The notes below the pieces were generated by a model, which was not told where the DNA came from, did not search any database, and saw only the letters and a list, made by a program, of their open reading frames with translations. The translations under genes and the position numbers were made by a program. Below, in pieces: positions 25,601-32,687 of a stretch of DNA of 64,000 nt (the first letter of the stretch is position 1; every line of letters begins with the position of its first letter). Source of the stretch: Methanobacteriota archaeon (GTDB taxonomy: Archaea > Thermoplasmatota > Poseidoniia > Poseidoniales > Poseidoniaceae); contig JAYOBJ010000003.1 of assembly GCA_038104845.1 (NCBI GenBank), positions 15,598 to 79,597 on the forward strand. Direction: 5' to 3'.

Positions 25601-27960
25601 TGGAAACCGCCAACGGAGTCCCCCTTCAGAACGGTGTCGATTACTACGGCGTGGTGGTTGTCGAATACACCGACGGCCGCTGGGGCGAAGTGTCCACACC
25701 GTTCGGACCGGCCTCACCGAGCAACGAGGTCCCGCGTCCACCCGCATGGGCCACCGCAACGCCTGCTGAGGGCGATGACAACGACGGTGACCTCGACCTC
25801 GAGTGGGCTCGATGCACGGCGTTGGATTTGGCGAGCACGAACGTCTACGTGGCCACCACACCCTTCACCGATGTCTACGGCATGAGTCCGGTCGCCAGTT
25901 ACCAACCCAACCAAGGCAACCTCAGCACGTTGACCTTGACGCCCGGCGTCCCCGTGTGGCTGGGGTGGACCTGTGTGGATGCTTCGGGTCAGGAAAACCT
26001 CTCCGATGTGACGGTGGTCGGACCGGTGGTGCCCACCGGCGAGCTGAACGATAACCAAGCGCCCGACCCCATCGAAGGCACCCGAGCGTTGGACGTGCCC
26101 GACGATGAGGGTGGACGCATCCGTGTGGAATGGAACGCCAGCACGGCCGAGGATTGCGCCTTCTACACCGTGTACATGATTCCGTGGGACAACGCACCCG
26201 ATGACCTCGACAACCCCATGTCCGTGGCCTACTTCTCTCAAGCCACCGTGATCAACGCTTGTGACACCACCAGCGCCGTCATCAATCAACTCGACGGGTT
26301 GCCGCTGACCGATGGTCGCACCTATGCCGTTGGTGTTGTGGCGTTTGATGCGTGGTTGAACGGAGACATCGACACGGTCAACATCGTCCTGGCCACGCCC
26401 ATGCAGAACATCATTGGACAGGGCAGCACGCCCGAGCGCATCAGCAACCTCCTGGCGTTTGACCACGGCAACGACGACGGTACCGCCATCGACGTCGTGT
26501 GGGAACCGAGCCAAGTGGACGATTTCGCCTCCTACACCGTTTGGGTGGCCGACCGGGCCGTGACCGACCTCCGTGCCCTGCACGCCATCACCGGCACCGA
26601 CGACAGCACATGCGGTTGTTTTTCGTTCAACAAGCAGTGGATCGACGAGCAGACCAACCCCATCGAACTGACCGTGTCCACGGCGTTGTACACCGACGGA
26701 AACGCCCTTACGGAGGGCGAACCCGGCCTCATCCGACCCGGTATCGAACTGTATGTGGCCGTCACCGTTCACGACCTGAAGGGCAACGTGCACCTTGACG
26801 ACTTGACGCAAGCGACGGTCACACCGGTGGACAACCTGAACGACATCGAAGCCCCTGAGCGCTTGAGCACCCTCTCCCTCGTGGACCGTCCCAACGATGA
26901 CGGGAGCGCGTTGCTGTTGTCCTTTGACCTCTCTGAAGCCAGCGACCTGGACCACTATCTGGTGTATGCAGCGACCTACGATTTCAACGGCGACATCACC
27001 CCGGCCCTCCCCGTCCTTCACACCCTTGAACGCAACCCGACCCTCCCCGTGGTCATCGACGTCGTGGCAGGCGATGCCCCCGTCGTACCGGGCCAGACCG
27101 TTTGGGCCGCCGTCGTTGCTGTTGACGCGGCTGGAAACGCTCACACCGACATGCTGACCATGGTGAACGGGGCATCCACCAACGAAGGCATCACGGACCC
27201 GGGCGCTCACCTCCCGGACCTCGAAAATGTCCGTGCATCATGGTTCGAAGACGACAGCATCCTCGTGGAATGGGACCACTCAACCGACGCGCGGGTTCGC
27301 GGCTACCGGATCTACATCCACAACGAGGCCTTCGACACGACCGACGATGCCCAACTTGTGGGTGAGGTCCGAGCTTCCAACACCTTCCTCATCACCAACG
27401 ATCTGTTCGCGGACTTGACCAACCAAAGTCCGTGGCATGTGGCGGCCGTTCCGTTCGATGAGAGCGTGAGCAAAACCACGGTGGCGTCGGTGCTCTTGGC
27501 TTCGATCGACGGCGAGGACGGCAGCACCCCAGCGACGGTTGAGGAAGGCGACGGGTTGCAACTCGAATCCCTGTTGACCGGACCCAACTTGATCGCTGCG
27601 GGCATGGTCCTGATCATCATGCTGCTGTTGGTCATTGTGGTTCGCGGACGCCGTGGTCAAACCGACAAACGCTGGGAGCTGCAAGAGGCGACGTGGGGCA
27701 TTGAAGGCGGCAACTGGAGTGCCCCAAGCGCTCCCCCCATGCCCGCACCCGCCCCGCCACCCGGCATCTCCTCCAGCGACGCCGGCGACCTTTACGCGGC
27801 TGCTGAACGCATCCAAGCTGCCGAAACCGGACGAAGCCCCTACCAGACGCCCATGCCGGTTCTTCAGCCCCAAGTTGACCCTGCATTGCTCGACGGACTG
27901 GTCGACCAACCGCCCCAAATGCCCAACATCGATACCTCCTTCCTTGACGATTTGCTGTGA
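19699..27960 (+). CDS. giant (2753 aa) secreted surface protein: beta-propeller repeats, six FN3-like modules, TM anchor, cytoplasmic tail
   Basis: Signal peptide 'RRAVQMVLLMLMMSASPILTVNPVSAHA'. Many propeller-blade repeats ('GVLRYDTITGQ', 'GILRYDVGNAVW', 'GVLRYDIGNDTW', 'GVLRYNLSSGEW', 'GIARYDVQNQTF', 'GVGRWNHSEADW'). Six modules start with DDGG..W. TM helix 'LIAAGMVLIIMLLLVIVV' followed by RGRRG. Confidence 0.9.
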   Translation: MGLLPSAEQPPRRARRAVQMVLLMLMMSASPILTVNPVSAHAEPSGVTWPLAGTNDTGWVTLDAVGADPATGGQASALWNLSFAPGAELGNVTLQIRASGQDGTTIEEPLLTVDGLGVNLLDWRGLGVLGEAEGFANGPTYSGRLNPNSNGAAGWDLPSGADITDLVIQALAPVDPAVSLRPLPTELMDADVHPDSGLLFLAMNDDLMVLHANTDPHVLDMVDLEANEGPADLAVDTTNGVLHVVAGDGSLHAFDLNDLSAQSALTSPPSSVDIIHVASNGDVYAANRGGLMMHDGTSWTTVATPSGSNAGTAHALHEANGVVYAALENAGVLRYDTITGQALSTWSTANVLHSDDVRTIITAGNQLLFGSSDNGVGRFNLNAGFWLSSWNDANWLDDNAIAGMATVGNTLMIANGPSVHLYNLTAGVFDSPMTLTDAGLVNDAKMAFLWPASGDAGPDHHTFMVSDGSGLLARFAPDQTPVHQGNLLLSSGPATDEMGAAAELDGVLYIATQDGTGILRYDVGNAVWLAPWTTNGLAVEHLSTDGTDLFIATEALTVDQMTTAGTVVTTFTGQNCFSTNGAMLSMAVDASTLLLSLEPQTVVTFDRATGTCTATGSGDLPNTNVGDVALHNGIAYVASDDEGVLRYDIGNDTWLAPWVSTGVNGVNFAPVATIGNELFLGLPGYGVVRKDLSTGELLTPFTANRQGTQLPSNQIYALESDGSNLYIGTQQGARRWDGSQFSSFGQGQTWDTRPNQFFDFIADGNDLYAATNLGLCKYVRTTLAIDECVNVYDGMPNWAVYAVGVNANYVFGGTTTGVGVINKTTFQHAFNWGEASQTGNAVVETIGDIAYIGTDGLGVLRYNLSSGEWLPSFSEANGELDGGNDDITGLVADVRPNHLWVGGNDGFQLLNATTGAEVADIETTDAIYDAQGSAYQMMIHNNILYYHSSINSDEVGRLDVVNFTNPGVLDIGAELGETNGDVYSMHFHGDLLMVALASGQWWNADGSGGIAVWNTSSGTYENSIEPTGAVERVTAYTSSNGNTWVAWGELRLDLYDATGTLTGSWETFELPIRGIVEYGGHTLLAANSEILRYNESTNQWATSWSEGSTLPSNAGDQFLDLWTDGTDLVIGGARLQTWGGFAEGMITHLDSSGTWTTYAANANNNIPNGYPIAMSECGGLVNIAMYQSQGGIARYDVQNQTFVSEFDRFDLDGFLPASVACDAADTLYVGYYQDNQPISKYSYTTGTWLTSLDQTTHNLPSDRVWYDGLAHANGQLIVGHGIGFGADAIGGGYSIIASNGASSGQANVMSSGSSVTSLQWMGSGTGWMYGQAGGTSGYSHVSTVSSLGTQKVVDLPGLVSGQVTAMTSNTTHIWAATGVLNAGATGNFGSAAGLLQGTFLPNGSVDWAYGWTLSANSVANSLHLDGTDLYISTNPTGLMKIDTITKAVTQISGALHDKMDTMVMNGSELIIGLAGESGSPPGIQFFDMGTGQFTGGRLIGGLPSSVINGFDETNDILYIATDGGVGRWNHSEADWMDAITTGNGLPSSIVEDVLVLSGTVYFATPQGLVAWDETTATASVIDTSDGLLGDSAWGLTVQNPSGINPMLVIGHDGRGVERPGVSLVDPATNAVDSTHRFDQLPSNTVTALTSDWWGVHIATDFGTLTHWNASSGEFEDGSSAVQAFSTVTAMMSNGDDLLAMTDGQRALVIESRTPSHGVLTSFQPGTVLDGALGANHLWITAEEGLFGWENNGQYTPLDDYSMRRAHPLTVRALGNGGGLNITSMTRPGTDIVLVDPSDPYTLDPSMGTAGAHGLLFQNVPLVFTSPVNGAAIWASSQRLLYDVTLDLSDDPALSMNLQSAVDVAPLFDNTRHVTLRLLSPSNGSLEARLVYDYVRNDTPVVLEDLVDRPDDGGGALTASWSLVHDEDFARYLIFLNEGPWSSLPTEASLMSQTPDKAISLHSRLSSEVETANGVPLQNGVDYYGVVVVEYTDGRWGEVSTPFGPASPSNEVPRPPAWATATPAEGDDNDGDLDLEWARCTALDLASTNVYVATTPFTDVYGMSPVASYQPNQGNLSTLTLTPGVPVWLGWTCVDASGQENLSDVTVVGPVVPTGELNDNQAPDPIEGTRALDVPDDEGGRIRVEWNASTAEDCAFYTVYMIPWDNAPDDLDNPMSVAYFSQATVINACDTTSAVINQLDGLPLTDGRTYAVGVVAFDAWLNGDIDTVNIVLATPMQNIIGQGSTPERISNLLAFDHGNDDGTAIDVVWEPSQVDDFASYTVWVADRAVTDLRALHAITGTDDSTCGCFSFNKQWIDEQTNPIELTVSTALYTDGNALTEGEPGLIRPGIELYVAVTVHDLKGNVHLDDLTQATVTPVDNLNDIEAPERLSTLSLVDRPNDDGSALLLSFDLSEASDLDHYLVYAATYDFNGDITPALPVLHTLERNPTLPVVIDVVAGDAPVVPGQTVWAAVVAVDAAGNAHTDMLTMVNGASTNEGITDPGAHLPDLENVRASWFEDDSILVEWDHSTDARVRGYRIYIHNEAFDTTDDAQLVGEVRASNTFLITNDLFADLTNQSPWHVAAVPFDESVSKTTVASVLLASIDGEDGSTPATVEEGDGLQLESLLTGPNLIAAGMVLIIMLLLVIVVRGRRGQTDKRWELQEATWGIEGGNWSAPSAPPMPAPAPPPGISSSDAGDLYAAAERIQAAETGRSPYQTPMPVLQPQVDPALLDGLVDQPPQMPNIDTSFLDDLL

Positions 27961-27969
27961 GGGCCAACG

Positions 27970-28728
27970 ATGGTCGACGGCCCGAGGAGCGAAGTGTTCA
28001 CCACGATGTTGGTCGACGCGCAGGGCCGCGTAGCGGACTGGATGGCGCATTGGAACCGCCTCCAACGGCACGGTCGACGCCTGAGGATGGACCTTACTGA
28101 GCCGAACTGGGAGCACCTGAAACCGCACGGCGGTCCCGAAGCAACGCTGGGAAGGTTGAGTTTCAACGCTGCAGAGGGGACGTGGTCCTGGGCGCAGCGC
28201 CAGCGGGGCTGGTTCAACGAACCCGTGGAAGCCATCACTCATCCAGCGCCGCGTTGGACGCCCAAGGTCAACGGCACCAAACACGGCGATTGGGCGCCAT
28301 ACCGGTCAGCGAAGGCCGCTGCTGAATCAGCCGGTTGCGACGTGGCGTTGCTGATTCACAACCACGCCATTGTGGACGCAGACCGTGCCACACCCATGCT
28401 GCTGGACGAGGACGGTACCGTCTGGCTGCCGTCGAGTGACGAAGGCGGGGTGCAAGGCATCGTCGCTGAACATCTGGCCGAACGGTTACCTTCTGCCGGG
28501 TACCCTGTGCAGCGTGGGCGCCTGAACGAACGCTTGGTCGCACGATGCCGTGAACTCGTCGTGGTCGGGACCGGGTTGGGGGTGGCCAGGGTGGACGCCG
28601 TTGACGGTGAACCGATGGGGTCGTTCAATGCCTTTTCAGCCCACTTGCAAACGGTGTTGAGCGAACATTATTCTCAGCCTGCCACATGGGAATCCATGAG
28701 GCCCAACGATGAGCAAACGGTTCACTGA
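27970..28728 (+). CDS. pabC: class-IV aminotransferase-fold protein, aminodeoxychorismate lyase-like
   Basis: 'NGTKHGDWAPYRSAKAAAESAGCDVALLIHNHAIVDADRATPMLL...GGVQGIVAEHL' follows the fold-type IV pattern (TK...y..a...A...G.de.l). It sits directly upstream of pabB-pabA and overlaps it. Confidence 0.6.
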   Translation: MVDGPRSEVFTTMLVDAQGRVADWMAHWNRLQRHGRRLRMDLTEPNWEHLKPHGGPEATLGRLSFNAAEGTWSWAQRQRGWFNEPVEAITHPAPRWTPKVNGTKHGDWAPYRSAKAAAESAGCDVALLIHNHAIVDADRATPMLLDEDGTVWLPSSDEGGVQGIVAEHLAERLPSAGYPVQRGRLNERLVARCRELVVVGTGLGVARVDAVDGEPMGSFNAFSAHLQTVLSEHYSQPATWESMRPNDEQTVH

Positions 28729-30961
28729 GGTTGAACAAGCCCTCCGGGCGCAGGGTTTGGTCGGTTCAAGTGCCGTGCGTTACGGTGCGCCCGACCGTGC
28801 GTGTCTGGTTTCAGGAGGACCTGCCTCTCACCTCGCACGGTGGTCACTCGTGTCGGCACCACCAACGTTGAGGGTGGTCGTACGTCAACCCGACCGTTCG
28901 GCGCTCCCCGCCGCTCAACCGCACCGACCCACACAAGGCGAGATCCAACTGCATGAACGAAACCCGCCCCTGCGTGCAGAGGTGGAGGAGTGGAAGCACG
29001 GTTCGTGGTACCATCGGGACTCGATCATGGCCAACCACCCTGGCGATTTGTTTCGCAAATTGGCCGACATGACGCCGGTGACTGGTTTTGACGCACACGC
29101 ACACGGCTCAGCGCCACAGCGTCCGTTTTGGTGCGGCGCCCTGGCGTACGACCTTGTTTCCTGGACCCAGCCGCTTCGGCTCCAACATCCACCCGAACCC
29201 GGGACTGTGCTGACGGTCCTGTGGCGCGTGGACAACGGGTTGCTGATCGATGCAGCATCGGACGGCATCACGGCCCTCGTGAACGACCCATGGGGGCGTG
29301 CTGCCCTCGAAGCGGTGGAACGCTGGAGTGCGGATGCTTCATCGACCAACGATGCGCTGCAGCTCGGCAATGAGGCCACCGTTTCCATGAGCGACACGCA
29401 CCACAAAGCGCTGATCGACAGCATTCGGGAGGGCATCAAGGATGGACGGTTTTACCAAGCCAACCTCGGAAAACACTGGTCTGGACCCATTGATCACCCA
29501 TGGTCGGTGTTCAAGCGGCTTCAGGCCACCAACCCTGCCCCCTATGCGGCCTATATGGAGGCCGACGACCTCGGCTTGGCGCTGGTCAGTTCATCACCTG
29601 AATGCCTGATCGAAACCACCGACGCCACCGTTCGGACCGCCCCCATCAAAGGTACGGCCCCGCAAGGTGCCAACGAAGACGAGTCGGACCGTCTTCGTGA
29701 CGCTATGCTGTCCGACGACAAGGAACGAGCGGAACACCGCATGCTCGTGGATTTGATGCGGCACGATTTGGGGACGGTGTGCAAGGTGGGCAGCGTTCAT
29801 GTCGCCCGTTTCGACGTTGAAGCGTACGCCAACGTTCAGCACCTCGTCAGCCATGTCGAAGGTGAATTCAGCCAAGGGCGCGACGGCATCGATGCCTTGC
29901 AAGCCGTCTTTCCCGGAGGCTCCATCACCGGTTGCCCCCGCACCGTGGTGTGTGCAGCCATCGATGAGTTGGAACAACGGCCACGCTCGTTCTGGACCGG
30001 TTCCGCAGGTTGGGTGGACGTCCACACGGGCCACAGCACGTGGAACATCCTGATCCGTACGCTGGAAGCCCATCGCACGGGCAAGCGCTGGACCGGACAT
30101 GTTGGCGCTGGCGGTGGCATCACCATCGGCTCCGTACCCGATTCAGAAGTGACTGAAAGCGAATGGAAAGCCGAAGCCTTGCTCGGTGCGGCGGGTTGGA
30201 TTCAGAACGGTGTTGACCGGCTTCCCCGACAACCGCTGAGGGTCCACCCGGTGGAACACCCCCCCGAACGGCTCGTGTTGAACGGCTCCGCCGGTCGAGT
30301 CGTGCCGTTCGCCGAGGCATTGCTCAATCGTGTCGCCAATGCTGTCATGTTCGTGGACAACCTTGACTCCTTCAGCAACAACATCGTTCATGCCATTGCC
30401 GCCTTGGGCCACGATGTGGTCGTGGTCCACGGCCGTTCCAGGTCCATGGACGACCTCCATGAACCGGCAGTCCTGTTCGATGTGCTTGACCGGCTGGAAC
30501 CCTCTCACATCGTGCTGGGTCCAGGACCAGGGCATCCGTCCGAAGCCGACCTGACGATGGCCATCGCTCATCACGCCGTAGCGGAACAAGTGAAGTGCCC
30601 CGTGTTGGGGATTTGTTTGGGTCATCAGGCCCTGGGGTTGGCCAGCGGTATGCGGGTGGAGCGATCACCCTCCGGGCCCGTTCACGGGATTCCGGTCAAG
30701 GTGAAGCACGATGGCACCGGCCTGTTCGCCGAATCGGAGGCAACGATGGTGCACACACGGTACAATTCACTGACCGTCGTGCCCCAGCACGACGCCCACC
30801 CGCTGTTGGTCAATGCCGTGCAAGACGCCACATCGTTGGTGATGGGGCTCACGCATCGCAACGGATTGGTGCACGGTGTTCAGTTCCATCCCGAATCCGT
30901 CGGCTCGCCGGGCGGTGTTCAACTCCTGGACCAATTTCTATCGTATGCATCGGATGGTTGA
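28709..30961 (+). CDS. pabB: aminodeoxychorismate synthase, fused component I (N-terminal) and glutamine amidotransferase (C-terminal)
   Basis: Chorismate-binding 'APIKGTAPQG', 'DKERAEHRMLVDLMRHDLG', 'FPGGSITGCPRTVVCAAIDELE'. C-terminal GATase 'VMFVDNLDSFSNNIV', 'ICLGHQAL', 'GVQFHPES'. The Lys in PIKGT argues for PabB rather than TrpE. Confidence 0.85.
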   Translation: MSKRFTEVEQALRAQGLVGSSAVRYGAPDRACLVSGGPASHLARWSLVSAPPTLRVVVRQPDRSALPAAQPHRPTQGEIQLHERNPPLRAEVEEWKHGSWYHRDSIMANHPGDLFRKLADMTPVTGFDAHAHGSAPQRPFWCGALAYDLVSWTQPLRLQHPPEPGTVLTVLWRVDNGLLIDAASDGITALVNDPWGRAALEAVERWSADASSTNDALQLGNEATVSMSDTHHKALIDSIREGIKDGRFYQANLGKHWSGPIDHPWSVFKRLQATNPAPYAAYMEADDLGLALVSSSPECLIETTDATVRTAPIKGTAPQGANEDESDRLRDAMLSDDKERAEHRMLVDLMRHDLGTVCKVGSVHVARFDVEAYANVQHLVSHVEGEFSQGRDGIDALQAVFPGGSITGCPRTVVCAAIDELEQRPRSFWTGSAGWVDVHTGHSTWNILIRTLEAHRTGKRWTGHVGAGGGITIGSVPDSEVTESEWKAEALLGAAGWIQNGVDRLPRQPLRVHPVEHPPERLVLNGSAGRVVPFAEALLNRVANAVMFVDNLDSFSNNIVHAIAALGHDVVVVHGRSRSMDDLHEPAVLFDVLDRLEPSHIVLGPGPGHPSEADLTMAIAHHAVAEQVKCPVLGICLGHQALGLASGMRVERSPSGPVHGIPVKVKHDGTGLFAESEATMVHTRYNSLTVVPQHDAHPLLVNAVQDATSLVMGLTHRNGLVHGVQFHPESVGSPGGVQLLDQFLSYASDG

Positions 30962-30998
30962 AAAATCTCATCACAGTGGCCAACCATGAGGAAGGGCC

Positions 30999-31385
30999 AT
31001 GCCAACCTGTCGACACTGTGGAAGCACCTACCCTCGCGAGTTTTTCATCCACGGCAACGGCCCGAAAACGCAAGTTTGCGTTCGGTGCGGCGTGGACCAC
31101 GGATTGGTCACCCAAGACGAAGTCCCCGTGCTCTTTGACAAAAACACATCCAGCGCCCGGTTTTCAACCGTAGCCCGACGCTACAGCATCTTCCTGTACA
31201 TCCCGTTCCTCTGGACGCTTTGGGGAATGTTCCTTTCGGATGTGGAGCCCTGGGGCGTGTTTTTCCTCGGCCTTTTGTTGCTGTTGACCCTGCTCGCACC
31301 CGTCCTGTTCCTTTACCGAGGCGGTCGTTTTTCCGGCCAGATGGCTCGGCTCACACCGGCTTACGATCGACCCAAAGGCCACTGA
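30999..31385 (+). CDS. zinc-ribbon membrane protein (128 aa)
   Basis: N-terminal 'CRHCGS...CVRCG' (CxxC...CxxC) followed by two TM helices. Confidence 0.5.
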   Translation: MPTCRHCGSTYPREFFIHGNGPKTQVCVRCGVDHGLVTQDEVPVLFDKNTSSARFSTVARRYSIFLYIPFLWTLWGMFLSDVEPWGVFFLGLLLLLTLLAPVLFLYRGGRFSGQMARLTPAYDRPKGH

Positions 31386-32675
31386 TCACGATTTGGCGTG
31401 GATTTTGAGCACATCACCGTCCTGCAGGACGTGATCGGCCCCGACCACGCGTTTGGTCCGACCGTCCACCCCACGGATGAAACCGTCACCCAAGTCGCTG
31501 TGAACCCGATACGCCAGCGGTTTTGCCTGCGTCCCAGCGGGGACCACCAACGCATCGGGGAGGACCCGCCCATCCCCGTCCACCCAGCGCTGTTCGTCCT
31601 GCACCGGGTAGACCACCACGCGTTCGAGCATGTCGAACAGGACGTGGTCGAACAGCGGTGCCAAACCGGTCCCGTTGAGCCGGTTCAGACGAGCGCCCAT
31701 GTGTGCCAACGCCTTGGTCTGGGCCTCGTTCAAACGGTCCGATGAGGGGACCTCAAACCGAGCATCGCCCGGTCGATAGTGGATGAGGCCGGCTTCGTTG
31801 GCCCTGTTCAACGCCAACTCAACGTCCGCCATGCACGGATGAAGTCGATGCCCGTCAAGCAGGGGGGCAGAGCCCTCAGGCGCCACGTCCCATTTGTTGG
31901 CAGCGTAGGCGACCGGGAACAGGCTCGCACGAACGTGATGACCCAACACACGCAGTGTCCCATCGTCCCAATCCCACGGTTGAGCCTCCGTCGGATGCAC
32001 CTCCTTGAACGCAGAAAAAGCACCGGCCACCAACGCTGGCGTGGCGCCCAGCCCACTCAGTTTTTCATGGATGAAGGAAAGAAGTCCCTTTTCACCCTCA
32101 GCCTGCACACGGCGAACACCGCGTTGCCAGCCCTCCGTGAGCAGGTTGCCCACCCAAGCGTCCAACTCGGCTTGCAAAAAATCGATTTCTTCTCGCATGC
32201 GTTGTTGAGCCACCTCCAAGGAAGTTCCCGTCCCGTGAAACTGGCCCTCGAGGTCCGTGGTGCCAGCGGCGTCCACGACGTGAATGAGCACGTCGCAGTT
32301 GGCCAGATCGGCGAGGAACGCATTGCCTCGGCCCTTGCCTTCGCTCGCACCGGGCACCAATCCCGCCACGTCGATGAGCGCCACAGGGACCCTTCGACGA
32401 TGCCCGATGCACGAGCCCGTTCGGGGTTCGCACAGACTGCCCTTGCGCGGGTCATCGTCCGATACGGGCGCCAAGCGACCGTCCGCTTCGAGCCGATGCC
32501 GAAGGTCGCGGCATGGGCAGTCCAGACGAGCTTCAACGAACGCTACGCCCACGTTGGGGTCAATGGTGCAGAACGGGTAATTGGCGATGTCGACGGCGGC
32601 CATCGTCGTTGCAGCAAACAGCGTGGATTTACCGACATTGGGTTTGCCAACCAGCCCGATGCGCATCAGGACCAC
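31386..32675 (-). CDS. Obg-like GTPase, Ygr210 subfamily, with C-terminal TGS domain
   Basis: G1 'GLVGKPNVGKST', G2 'YPFCTIDPN', G3 'DVAGLV', G4 'NKWD'. TGS-like end 'RVVGADHVLQDGDVLKI'. Confidence 0.85.
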   Translation of the reverse strand: MVLMRIGLVGKPNVGKSTLFAATTMAAVDIANYPFCTIDPNVGVAFVEARLDCPCRDLRHRLEADGRLAPVSDDDPRKGSLCEPRTGSCIGHRRRVPVALIDVAGLVPGASEGKGRGNAFLADLANCDVLIHVVDAAGTTDLEGQFHGTGTSLEVAQQRMREEIDFLQAELDAWVGNLLTEGWQRGVRRVQAEGEKGLLSFIHEKLSGLGATPALVAGAFSAFKEVHPTEAQPWDWDDGTLRVLGHHVRASLFPVAYAANKWDVAPEGSAPLLDGHRLHPCMADVELALNRANEAGLIHYRPGDARFEVPSSDRLNEAQTKALAHMGARLNRLNGTGLAPLFDHVLFDMLERVVVYPVQDEQRWVDGDGRVLPDALVVPAGTQAKPLAYRVHSDLGDGFIRGVDGRTKRVVGADHVLQDGDVLKIHAKS

Positions 32676-32687
32676 GTCCGAGCGGCA

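Noticed and set aside
27540-27660. PGF-CTERM/archaeosortase-type sorting signal on the giant protein.
   Set aside because: There is no PGF motif before the TM helix, and the helix is followed by a ~105-aa tail instead of a short basic end.
28709-30961. Alternative reading as fused anthranilate synthase TrpE(G), which has the same domain order.
   Set aside because: The 'PIKGT' Lys and the adjacent fold-type-IV (PabC-like) gene favour ADC synthase. There is no other trp gene in the window. A phylogeny is still needed.
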